Source: Crocinitomicaceae bacterium (GTDB taxonomy: Bacteria > Bacteroidota > Bacteroidia > Flavobacteriales_D > Sanyastnellaceae). Taken from it: a stretch of 47,911 nt of DNA. Made by a program: the position numbers and the translations under genes. This document shows, piece after piece, positions 35,249 to 43,316 of this stretch; position 1 is the stretch's first letter; each line of letters starts with the position of its first letter. The DNA lies in assembly GCA_040375215.1 (NCBI GenBank), contig JBEISW010000001.1, positions 1 through 47,911 of the forward strand, written 5' to 3'. The notes beneath the pieces were generated by a model. It worked only from the letters and a program-made list of their open reading frames with translations, was not told the origin of the DNA and searched no databases.

Positions 35249-36232
35249 ATGAATTCAGCTATTGCACTGCAACACATACAGGCTCCTATCGCACAAGAAA
35301 TGCGCGATTTTGAACCTTTTTTTGCCAATAGCTTAAAAAGTGAGAATGGTCTATTGGACAAAATTTCACACTACATCATCAAAAGAAAAGGAAAACAAAT
35401 GAGACCCATGCTCGTTTTCCTCAGCGCAAAGTTGTTTCAAACACCAACGGAGAAAACCTTTGTTGCCGCATCTTTGATTGAATTGTTGCACACGGCTACG
35501 TTGGTCCATGATGACGTGGTTGACGAGGCCATGACCAGACGGGGATTCTTTTCTATCAATGCCCTGTGGAAAAATAAAATTGCAGTTCTTGTTGGTGATT
35601 ATCTCCTTTCCAAAGGCCTCTTAATTAGCGTCAACAACAATGCATTTGATCTCCTTAAAATTGTCGCAACGGCGGTACAAGAAATAAGTGAGGGCGAATT
35701 GCTTCAGCAAGAAAAATCAAGAAGGATGAAGGTAACGGAGGAAATCTATTACCAAATCATCCGACAAAAAACAGCTTCTTTGATTGGCGCATGTTGCCAA
35801 ATGGGCGGCGCCTCCACCAACGTGGACGGCCAAACCCAAGATGCCTTATACCAAATGGGTATCAACATTGGGATTGCTTTTCAAATCAAAGACGACCTCT
35901 TAGATCTTGGATTTGGCGCCAACATAGGCAAGCCGACAGGAGGTGATATTCAGGAAAATAAGCTCACTCTGCCCATCTTACATGCTCTGCAGCATGGGGG
36001 CAAGGAGACCATTGCTTTCATCAAGTTACTACTAAAAAACAAAAGTGTTGGCCAAAAGGAACTCATGGACTTGCAGCAAAAGCTAATGGAATGCGGATCA
36101 ATAGCCTATGCGACGGAAGCCATGAATCGATACGCCAAAACCGCTCAAGATATTCTGGCTCAATTCCCGCAATCAGACGTCAGCGGCTCCATACATAAAC
36201 TCATCCAATTCACCATAGAACGAGACAAATGA
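35249..36232 (+). CDS. Long-chain polyprenyl diphosphate synthase (IspB-like)
   Basis: First Asp-rich motif LVHDDVVDEA, second FQIKDDLLD. The ATG at 35249 lies 8 nt after a TACATTTG box; the track's longer start overlaps dprA. Confidence 0.85.
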   Translation: MNSAIALQHIQAPIAQEMRDFEPFFANSLKSENGLLDKISHYIIKRKGKQMRPMLVFLSAKLFQTPTEKTFVAASLIELLHTATLVHDDVVDEAMTRRGFFSINALWKNKIAVLVGDYLLSKGLLISVNNNAFDLLKIVATAVQEISEGELLQQEKSRRMKVTEEIYYQIIRQKTASLIGACCQMGGASTNVDGQTQDALYQMGINIGIAFQIKDDLLDLGFGANIGKPTGGDIQENKLTLPILHALQHGGKETIAFIKLLLKNKSVGQKELMDLQQKLMECGSIAYATEAMNRYAKTAQDILAQFPQSDVSGSIHKLIQFTIERDK

Positions 36233-36669
36233 GAAAACTATTTTTCGCAGCTTGTTGCCTAATGATCCTGGCTTGTCAATCAGGCCCCAAAGAAAATGTC
36301 ATGGCCACCTATGGCAATGGCAATCCCATGAATGTCGTCATCACAGATCCTGAAACTGGTGAGAAAATTGGCGAAAAAACCTTCTATGACAATAAGCAGA
36401 TTCACACCGATGTTTTAATCAAAGACAACAAGCGCAATGGCACTTGTCGCTCGTTCTACAAAGACGGAAAACCCTTCAGTTTGCACACCTACGAATTGGG
36501 CGTGAAAAATGGACCTTATCAACTCTGGTATGAAAACGGTCAAATCAAAATAGACGGTTTTTATAAAGACAACAAGCCCTCCGGTGTTTGGAAAACTTAT
36601 CAGCAAGACGGAAAACTTATCAAAAATGAAAACATGGATTCAAAAGAATCAAGTATCATTGTTCCATGA
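36229..36669 (+). CDS. MORN-variant repeat lipoprotein (YwqK-like)
   Basis: Lipobox LMILACQ. Repeats K.NG....FY.dGk / NGPYQLWYENGQIK / KPSGVWKTYQQDGKL. ATGA overlaps at both ends. Confidence 0.65.
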   Translation: MRKLFFAACCLMILACQSGPKENVMATYGNGNPMNVVITDPETGEKIGEKTFYDNKQIHTDVLIKDNKRNGTCRSFYKDGKPFSLHTYELGVKNGPYQLWYENGQIKIDGFYKDNKPSGVWKTYQQDGKLIKNENMDSKESSIIVP

Positions 36670-37211
36670 TTCGTCTTATCATCATCTTTTTCTTATTACC
36701 CTTTTCTCTTTTGTCGCAAAAGACAACGGAGGCCTACATCCAAAAATGGAAAAAGGAATGTTTGGAGCAAATGGAGAAACATGGCATTCCTGCGAGCATC
36801 ACCATGGCACAGGGAATTTTAGAATCAGGATCTGGAACTTCTGACCTAGCCACTGAAGCCAACAATCATTTTGGCATCAAATGCCACAAGGATTGGACGG
36901 GAAAAAAATTCTACAAGGATGACGACCAAAAAAATGAGTGCTTTCGTGTATATGAACATCCAGAAGCCTCATTTGAAGACCACAGCCTTTTTCTCAAACG
37001 CGACCGCTACGCGTCTTTGTTTGAACTAAAACCAACCGACTACAAAGGCTGGGCGCAAGGACTAAAGCAATGTGGATATGCCACCAATCCAAAATATCCC
37101 CAATTGCTCATTGAGCTCATTGAAAGGCACCATCTCCATGAGTTGGATCAAGGAACTGAAGCCGTCTCTCAAATGGACGACCTAAAAAAAAAACTAGCAG
37201 AACTATACTAG
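36666..37211 (+). CDS. Glucosaminidase-domain (GH73, FlgJ-like) cell-wall hydrolase, N-terminal part of a gene split by a frame change
   Basis: GIPASITMAQGILESGSGTSDLATEANNHFGIK and GYATNPKYPQ motifs. The ORF ends 16 nt after an A10 run, and the LysM part continues in the -1 frame. Confidence 0.8.
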   Translation: MIRLIIIFFLLPFSLLSQKTTEAYIQKWKKECLEQMEKHGIPASITMAQGILESGSGTSDLATEANNHFGIKCHKDWTGKKFYKDDDQKNECFRVYEHPEASFEDHSLFLKRDRYASLFELKPTDYKGWAQGLKQCGYATNPKYPQLLIELIERHHLHELDQGTEAVSQMDDLKKKLAELY

Positions 37212-37531
37212 TTGTCCAAAAAAACAACCGCTACATCATTGCTGCCAAAGGCGATACAGAAGAATCGCTCACCAAAGAATTGAATTTTGGAAGTTGGCAA
37301 TTGAAAAAGTACAATGACCTTGACATTCAAATGTTTCAACCCGGAGACAAGATTTATCTTCAAGGAAAACGTTTGTGGGTAAAAGAAAAGGGAATTACTG
37401 CTGATAACAATACTACACTTTGGCAGATTTCTCAGGACCATTGTGTATCGCTAAAAAAACTAGCCAAATTCAATGGGCTAGAGCGTTCAAGTCCAGTTAA
37501 AAAAGGTGATTTTGTAAAGTTCAAAAAATAA
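37124..37531 (+). CDS. LysM-repeat C-terminal portion in the -1 frame; probable continuation of the glucosaminidase gene
   Basis: The frame is open from 37124, with no ATG before the TTG at 37280. It encodes two LysM-like units: YIIAAKGDTEESLTKELNFGSWQLKKYNDL...GDKIYL and TTLWQISQDHCVSLKKLAKFNGL...GDFVKF. Confidence 0.65.
37184..37193 (+). repeat. A10 homopolymer at the frame junction of the glucosaminidase/LysM gene
   Basis: cct-aaaaaaaaaa-cta. One extra A, or a -1 ribosomal or transcriptional slip, would fuse the 36666 frame to the 37124-37531 frame. Confidence 0.9.
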
Positions 37532-37532
37532 A

Positions 37533-37557
37533 AAAGGCCATCCTAAGATGACCTTTT
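37533..37557. terminator. Bidirectional terminator between the LysM ORF (+) and tRNA-Gln (-)
   Basis: aaaa-ggccatc-ctaa-gatgacc-tttt. There is one C-A mismatch on the plus strand, which becomes a G-U pair on the minus strand. Confidence 0.6.
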
Positions 37558-37562
37558 ACAAG

Positions 37563-37633
37563 TTGCCCGAACAGGATTCGAACCTATACAAGCAGAATCA
37601 AAATCTGCTGTCCTGCCATTAGACGATCGGGCA
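37563..37633 (-). tRNA. tRNA-Gln (anticodon TTG)
   Basis: Reverse complement folded by hand. Acceptor TGCCCGA/TCGGGCA, anticodon stem GCAGA/TCTGC with loop TT-TTG-AT, T-arm ATAGG-TTCGAAT-CCTGT. Confidence 0.88.
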
Positions 37634-37642
37634 AAAGCGAGG

Positions 37643-37650
37643 CAAAAATA
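37643..37650 (-). promoter_or_regulatory. -7 box TATTTTTG upstream of tRNA-Gln
   Basis: The reverse complement of caaaaata is TATTTTTG. It ends 10 nt before the tRNA 5' end at 37633, the same spacing as for tRNA-Cys. Confidence 0.5.
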
Positions 37651-37691
37651 ATGCTATTTTCATAAACAATGCAAGACTTTTCTGAATTAGA

Positions 37692-37699
37692 TACATTTG
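37692..37699 (+). promoter_or_regulatory. -7 box TACATTTG upstream of the aldehyde dehydrogenase gene
   Basis: A perfect box 17 nt before the GTG at 37716. Confidence 0.45.
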
Positions 37700-37715
37700 T
37701 AGTAAATTTTTTTGT

Positions 37716-39167
37716 GTGATTACAATACTCAATTACATCAACGGAGCGCTAACTCCCGCTGAATCAGGGAAAACCATCGACAACATCAGTCCAAGAGATG
37801 GAAAAGTTTTTTCAACCATCCCTGATAGCCACGCAGAAGATGTTGAGCTAGCCGTTGCTGCTGCACAAATCGCTTTCCCATTATGGAAAACAACTCCCGC
37901 TGAAGACCGTTGCAAAATCCTCACCCGTATCGCTGATTTGATTGCAGAAAGACATGATCTTTTGAGTCATGCGGAATCACTGGACAATGGAAAACCCATT
38001 GCGCTGGCTGGTCACGTTGACATCCCACGCGCAGAAAGCAACATGCGCTTCTTTGCCTCGGGAGCGCAACACTTTGCCAGTGAAAGCCATGTCATGGAAA
38101 ACGGTGTTGTCAATTACACCTACCGCAAACCATTGGGCGTTGTGGGTTGCATCTCCCCTTGGAATTTACCCTTGTATCTTTTCACGTGGAAGATTGCTCC
38201 TGCCTTGGCTGCAGGAAATTGCGTTGTAGCCAAACCTTCAGAGTTAACACCCTACACCGCCTTTCTTTTCGCTCAAATCTGCATCGATGCCGGCCTTCCA
38301 AAAGGTGTATTAAACATCCTACATGGAACAGGACCCAATGTCGGCGAAGCCATTGTCAATAACAACAACATCAAGGCCATTAGCTTCACAGGAGGAACAG
38401 CCACAGGAAAACGCATTGCTTCCATATTGGCTCCTCAATTCAAAAAAATGTCTTTGGAGCTGGGCGGTAAAAATGCCACCTTGGTATTTGATGATGTAGA
38501 TGTGGAGAACACAGCTTCCAACGTCATGCGCGCCGCTTTTGCCAATCAAGGGCAAATCTGCCTTTGTGGTTCACGCATTTTTGTTCAACGATCCATTTAC
38601 GAAGCTTTCAAAAATGCATTGGTCGCCAAAGTATCTAAAATGGTGGTGTCTGACCCTTTAGATCCTCAATCCAAATTTGGCGCATTGGTCTCTGAAAGCC
38701 ATTTGAATAAAGTATTGTCCTATATCCAACTGGCACAAGAAGAAGGAGGAAAAATTCTTTGTGGTGGATTGTCACCTGAAATGCCTGATGATTTGAAAGG
38801 TGGTTATTATTTACAACCCACCTTGATTGAAGGACTTGACCCACATTGTCGCACCAACCAAGAAGAAATTTTTGGACCCGTAGCAACCATCATTCCCTTT
38901 GACACAGAAGATGAAGCTATTGAATGGGCCAATTGCACACCTTATGGTTTGGCAGCATCCATCTGGACACAAAATGTGGGGCGTGCACACCGCGTTGCAC
39001 AAAACCTAGAAACCGGAATCAGTTGGGTCAATACTTGGCTCATGCGCGACCTCCGCACTCCCTTTGGTGGTGTAAAACAATCCGGCCTAGGAAGAGAAGG
39101 CGGATGGGAAGCTTTCCGCTTTTTCACCGATCCTCAAAACATTTGCATCGATCCCAATACACTGTAA
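37716..39167 (+). CDS. NAD(P)-dependent aldehyde dehydrogenase (2-hydroxy/aminomuconic semialdehyde dehydrogenase-like)
   Basis: ELGGKNA (catalytic Glu), FANQGQICLCGSRIFV (catalytic Cys), VVAKPSELTP, EEIFGPV. GTG start. Confidence 0.88.
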   Translation: MITILNYINGALTPAESGKTIDNISPRDGKVFSTIPDSHAEDVELAVAAAQIAFPLWKTTPAEDRCKILTRIADLIAERHDLLSHAESLDNGKPIALAGHVDIPRAESNMRFFASGAQHFASESHVMENGVVNYTYRKPLGVVGCISPWNLPLYLFTWKIAPALAAGNCVVAKPSELTPYTAFLFAQICIDAGLPKGVLNILHGTGPNVGEAIVNNNNIKAISFTGGTATGKRIASILAPQFKKMSLELGGKNATLVFDDVDVENTASNVMRAAFANQGQICLCGSRIFVQRSIYEAFKNALVAKVSKMVVSDPLDPQSKFGALVSESHLNKVLSYIQLAQEEGGKILCGGLSPEMPDDLKGGYYLQPTLIEGLDPHCRTNQEEIFGPVATIIPFDTEDEAIEWANCTPYGLAASIWTQNVGRAHRVAQNLETGISWVNTWLMRDLRTPFGGVKQSGLGREGGWEAFRFFTDPQNICIDPNTL

Positions 39168-39172
39168 CCCGC

Positions 39173-39421
39173 ATGGCCAAACAGATTGACGGTACCACCT
39201 TCCTCAATAAAAACGAGGCACTCAATGAAGTAGACGTTTTGAGAAAAAACAAAACACCATTGAGGGGAATTGAAATAGTGGACCTTACCGACGGACAAAT
39301 CATTACCCATTATGAAAAAACCGTTTGGTTTAAAACACAACGCCTTTGTTACACTCAAGCCAAACAATTCATCCAAAAACAAATGATTGGACAATGGCAA
39401 TGGGTGGAATTTAAATTGTGA
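39173..39421 (+). CDS. Hypothetical 82-aa protein
   Basis: The ATG lies 6 nt after the ALDH stop codon and the ORF fills the gap up to the next gene. I see no recognisable motif. Confidence 0.4.
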   Translation: MAKQIDGTTFLNKNEALNEVDVLRKNKTPLRGIEIVDLTDGQIITHYEKTVWFKTQRLCYTQAKQFIQKQMIGQWQWVEFKL

Positions 39422-39480
39422 ATTTCTGTTAGAATTTTGTTGTGACATTGCGCTATTTCGTACCTTAGACCACGTACGCT

Positions 39481-42400
39481 ATGGCCAGTGCAGAAAGTAA
39501 AATATTGGTAGAAAAGTTAGACCTTTTCATTCGGAAATACTACAAAAACCGAATGATCAAAGGGTTGCTGTACAGCATGGCGCTTGGCGTTTCGCTATTT
39601 TTATTGATCATTTTCCTAGAATACCTTGGCCGCTTTAGCTCTGGGGTTCGTGCATTTTTATTTTTCGGATTCTCTGCTTCCTTGCTCTCCATTTTGGGAT
39701 TTTATGTGGTATTTCCTTTGCTCAAATTCTTTAGATTGGGGAAAACCATTTCCAGTGAGGAAGCTGCATTGATTATTGGAAAACACTTCAGTGGCATCCA
39801 AGACAAATTGCTCAACACCTTGCAATTGCAACAAGCGGCCAAACGAGAAAACCAAGAACTTCTTTATGCCGCCATCGAACAAAAGCAAAAAGAACTTCAG
39901 CCCGTTCCATTTCAAAACGCGGTGAATTATCGCGACAATGTGAAATACTTGAAATACGCTTTACCGCCCTTGGTCTTGCTTAGCGTACTCCTTTTTGCCA
40001 CCCCATCCACCATCACAAGGCCCACCAAAAGAATTGTACAATATGACAAAGCGGAGGAGGATGCTCCTTTCCAATTTATCCTAGAATCTCCAACCAACAT
40101 TCTTGAAAACCAAGATGCTGAAATTGCCCTAAAGCTTACCGGACAAGAGATTCCTGAAAGGGTTTACCTCATCAAGGATGGCCAAAAACTGCTGTTAGAG
40201 AAAAAAGATCTGCTGCACCACACCATCACCATTCCGCATGTCAACGAATCTTTTGATTTTTATTTTGTCGCGGCGGATTACTCCAGCCAACCCTTTAGTT
40301 TGTCTGTCATTCCACAGCCCAAGATGACGGGTATACAGGCTGTTTTACAATTCCCCGCATATTTGAAACGCGCACCTGAAAACCTAACTCAAGCAGGCGA
40401 CCTTACCTTGCCTGAAGGAACGCAAATCACCTGGACTTTCAATTGTCTTCATGCGGATTATATCCACGCTGTTATCAATGGACAAAAACAACAAGTTGGC
40501 ATAGAAGACAACCAAGCGCAACTGAGTTGGACAGCAATGCAGTCCTTTCCTTACCAAATTTTCCCAGCATCAGCATTGGCCAAAAGCTTAGATTCCCTGA
40601 CTTATTATGTCAATGTTGTTCCTGACCAATACCCCCGCATCTCTTTCATCGATAAAATAGATTCCAATAGTCAAACCCTTCACATCTTGACAGGAGAGAT
40701 TCAAGATGATTACGGTATTTCCAAGCTGCAGTTCAATCTAAAAACGCCTGGATCTAAGTGGTCATCCACACCGATGAACATCAACCCAGGCGCCATTTCC
40801 GACATATACTACCACGCCCTGGATTTAAGTCCTTACTCCCTCAACCCTGGCGACACCATTCAATATTATTTTGAAGTTTGGGACAACGACGGCGTGCATG
40901 GAGCCAAGTCTTCCAAAACACAAATTCAAAAATTTGTCATGCCTTCATTGGAGGCGCTTGAAGCAAAATCTGATGAACAACGCACAGAACTCATTCAAGA
41001 CTTGAGTCAAGCCCAAAAGGAAGCAGAGAAAATCCAACAGGGTTTAAAAGACCTAGAGAAAAAGTTGTTGGAAAAGAAAGAAGCAGATTGGCAAGACAAA
41101 AAGAAATTAGAAGAGTTGTTGAAGAGACAGGAAAATCTTAAAAAGAAATTAGAGCAATTAAAAGAAGAAAATCAAAAGCACCAGGAGAACCAAGAAAAGC
41201 AAATGGAGCTCAATGAAGAGCTATTGGAAAAGCAAGAAAAATTAGAACAGCTCATGGAGCAGCTCATTGATCCTGAAACCAAAAAGATGATGGAAGAGCT
41301 GAAGAAAATGATGGATCAGCTGGACAAAAATGAATTGCAAAAAGAAATGGAAAAACTTCGTGAAAACGAAGAGGACTTGGGAAAAGAATTGGACCGCGCA
41401 TTGGAACAATTCAAAGAATTAGAGGTAGAGCAAAAGATGGAAAAAACCATCCAGGAGCTTAAGGATCTTTCTGAAAAACAAGAGCAATTGTCCAAAGAGG
41501 CTGAAGAGGGAAAGAAAGATTTGGAACAGCTCAAAAAAGAGCAAAATGAACTGAATGAGCAATTCAAAGATGTCAAGGATGATTTGAAAAAATTGGAGGA
41601 GCTCAACCAGCAATTGGAAGAACCCAAAGACCTTCCCAATACAGAAGAAATACAGAAAAACATTTCTGAGGAGCAACAAAAAAGTTCTGAAGAATTGAGC
41701 AAAGGAAAAAAATCCAGCGCAGGGAAAAGTCAAAAGAATGCTGCTCAGAAGATGAAGGAAATGGCGGAGCAAATGGAAAAATCTGCCGAGGAAGAACAAG
41801 AAGAAGAACAAGAGGAAGATGCTGCTGCGTTGAGACAGTTGTTGGAAAATTTAGTTCACTTAAGCTTTGACCAAGAAAAGCTGATGGCAGATTTCTCCAA
41901 GCTCAATGTCAATGATCCCAATTATGATAAATACGGTCAACGTCAGCGCAAAATCAATGATGACATGGAAATGGTGAAAGATTCTCTTTTTGCTTTGAGC
42001 AAAAGAGTAACCCAGCTTTCGGCATTCATCAACAAGGAAGTAGATGATGTTCAAGATCACATGGATGCTGCACTAGAATGGATTCCAGAAAGACAAATTC
42101 CTGCAGCCCGAGCAGAGCAACAGTTTGTAATGACTGGATTAAACAATCTGGCATTGATGCTCAATGAATCATTGCAACAAATGCAACAGCAGCAACAACA
42201 GCAGCAGCAACAAAAGTCTGGTAAAGGAAAATGCAAAAAACCAGGATCCAGTGGAAAAGGAAAGGGGAAACCCAAACCTTCTGCAGGTCAAATTAAAAAG
42301 ATGCAAGAGGCTTTGTCCAAACAATTGGAAGATTTAAAGAAACAAGGACAAAACCAAGGAAAAAGTCAATCAGGAAACAACCCTCAATTGAGCAAAGAAT

Positions 42401-42813
42401 TGGCTGGTGCAGCCGCCAAACAAGCCGCTTTGCGAAAGATGATGGAGGACAAAGCGGGAGAACTCAATCAAGACGGAAGCGGAAAAGGCAATGAGATGAA
42501 ACAAATTGCCAAAGAAATGGAGCAAATCCAAAAGGATATTGTCAACAACAACATCACTGAGGAAACTTTGCGCAGACAACGGGACATCCTAACCCGCTTG
42601 TTGCGCGCAGAGAATGCAGAAAGAACGCAAGGGGAACAGGAGGAGAGAGAAAGCAAAGAGGGACAAATGCTCAATAACACTCCACCTCCAGGATTGGAAG
42701 AATACATGAAAAAGAAAACCAAAGAAGCTGAATTGTTGCAAACATTGCCCCCACAACTAAAGCCGTATTACAAGGAAAAGGCCAATCAATATTTATTGAG
42801 TCCTCAACCGTAA
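39481..42813 (+). CDS. 1110-aa membrane-anchored coiled-coil protein (DUF4175-like?) with EK-rich, polyQ and KG-rich segments
   Basis: N-terminal TM helices (LLYSMALGVSLFLLIIFL, LFFGFSASLLSILGFYVVFPLL). A beta-rich region spans about aa 190-480. An E/K/Q/L heptad-rich region spans about aa 490-800. Q10 lies at nt 42184-42213, followed by KSGKGKCKKPGSSGKGKGKPKP. Confidence 0.75.
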   Translation: MASAESKILVEKLDLFIRKYYKNRMIKGLLYSMALGVSLFLLIIFLEYLGRFSSGVRAFLFFGFSASLLSILGFYVVFPLLKFFRLGKTISSEEAALIIGKHFSGIQDKLLNTLQLQQAAKRENQELLYAAIEQKQKELQPVPFQNAVNYRDNVKYLKYALPPLVLLSVLLFATPSTITRPTKRIVQYDKAEEDAPFQFILESPTNILENQDAEIALKLTGQEIPERVYLIKDGQKLLLEKKDLLHHTITIPHVNESFDFYFVAADYSSQPFSLSVIPQPKMTGIQAVLQFPAYLKRAPENLTQAGDLTLPEGTQITWTFNCLHADYIHAVINGQKQQVGIEDNQAQLSWTAMQSFPYQIFPASALAKSLDSLTYYVNVVPDQYPRISFIDKIDSNSQTLHILTGEIQDDYGISKLQFNLKTPGSKWSSTPMNINPGAISDIYYHALDLSPYSLNPGDTIQYYFEVWDNDGVHGAKSSKTQIQKFVMPSLEALEAKSDEQRTELIQDLSQAQKEAEKIQQGLKDLEKKLLEKKEADWQDKKKLEELLKRQENLKKKLEQLKEENQKHQENQEKQMELNEELLEKQEKLEQLMEQLIDPETKKMMEELKKMMDQLDKNELQKEMEKLRENEEDLGKELDRALEQFKELEVEQKMEKTIQELKDLSEKQEQLSKEAEEGKKDLEQLKKEQNELNEQFKDVKDDLKKLEELNQQLEEPKDLPNTEEIQKNISEEQQKSSEELSKGKKSSAGKSQKNAAQKMKEMAEQMEKSAEEEQEEEQEEDAAALRQLLENLVHLSFDQEKLMADFSKLNVNDPNYDKYGQRQRKINDDMEMVKDSLFALSKRVTQLSAFINKEVDDVQDHMDAALEWIPERQIPAARAEQQFVMTGLNNLALMLNESLQQMQQQQQQQQQQKSGKGKCKKPGSSGKGKGKPKPSAGQIKKMQEALSKQLEDLKKQGQNQGKSQSGNNPQLSKELAGAAAKQAALRKMMEDKAGELNQDGSGKGNEMKQIAKEMEQIQKDIVNNNITEETLRRQRDILTRLLRAENAERTQGEQEERESKEGQMLNNTPPPGLEEYMKKKTKEAELLQTLPPQLKPYYKEKANQYLLSPQP
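42184..42213 (+). repeat. CAA/CAG run encoding Q10 inside the 1110-aa gene
   Basis: caacagcagcaacaacagcagcagcaacaa. Confidence 0.9.
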
Positions 42814-42893
42814 AACGATTTTTTTGTAATTTTTTTTTGAATTGCAACCCGAATAAACTTTTTTCGTTTCATATTTGACTAACAAAATAAAAC

Positions 42894-43316
42894 ATGGCCT
42901 CAGAACAAGTCCTCACATTTGCCTCAGAAATTGAGAATATACATTTGGTAGAGCAAATGATTGATGACGTTTGCACCAACCACAATGTGAAAGAAGATTT
43001 CTTTGGAGAGATTCTAATTTCTTTGACAGAAGCGGTAAACAATGCCATTGTGCATGGAAATCGTTTGGATGTTGACAAGCAGGTATCAGTAAAGTTCAGT
43101 GAGGATGGCCGTCACATGTATTTTGATATTGAGGATGAGGGTCCCGGTTTTGATTATGACAATCTACCCGATCCCACAGCTCCAGAAAACCTTGAAAAGC
43201 CACATGGACGTGGCGTTTTCTTAATGCGTCAATTGGCAGACACCTGTTCCTTTGAAGATGGCGGCCGGATTGTAAAATTGTCTTTTGATGTAATTGGGAG
43301 AGAGGTGGTGGCTTAA
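42894..43316 (+). CDS. RsbW/SpoIIAB-like anti-sigma regulatory Ser/Thr kinase (HATPase_c_2)
   Basis: ISLTEAVNNAIVHGN (N-box), DIEDEGPGFD (G1), PHGRGVFLMRQLAD (G2). 140 aa. Confidence 0.75.
   Translation: MASEQVLTFASEIENIHLVEQMIDDVCTNHNVKEDFFGEILISLTEAVNNAIVHGNRLDVDKQVSVKFSEDGRHMYFDIEDEGPGFDYDNLPDPTAPENLEKPHGRGVFLMRQLADTCSFEDGGRIVKLSFDVIGREVVA

Noticed and set aside
41316-41811. Two overlapping minus-strand ORFs (128 and 130 aa, Ser/Phe/Leu-rich) within the giant coiled-coil gene
   Set aside because: They are antisense translations of GAA/AAG-rich EK codons, which give TTC/CTT (Phe/Leu/Ser). This is a compositional artefact.
42057-42275. 72-aa minus-strand ORF with a poly-Cys run
   Set aside because: It is the antisense reading of the CAA/CAG polyQ run (TTG/CTG read in a shifted frame gives Cys). 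It is not a real gene.
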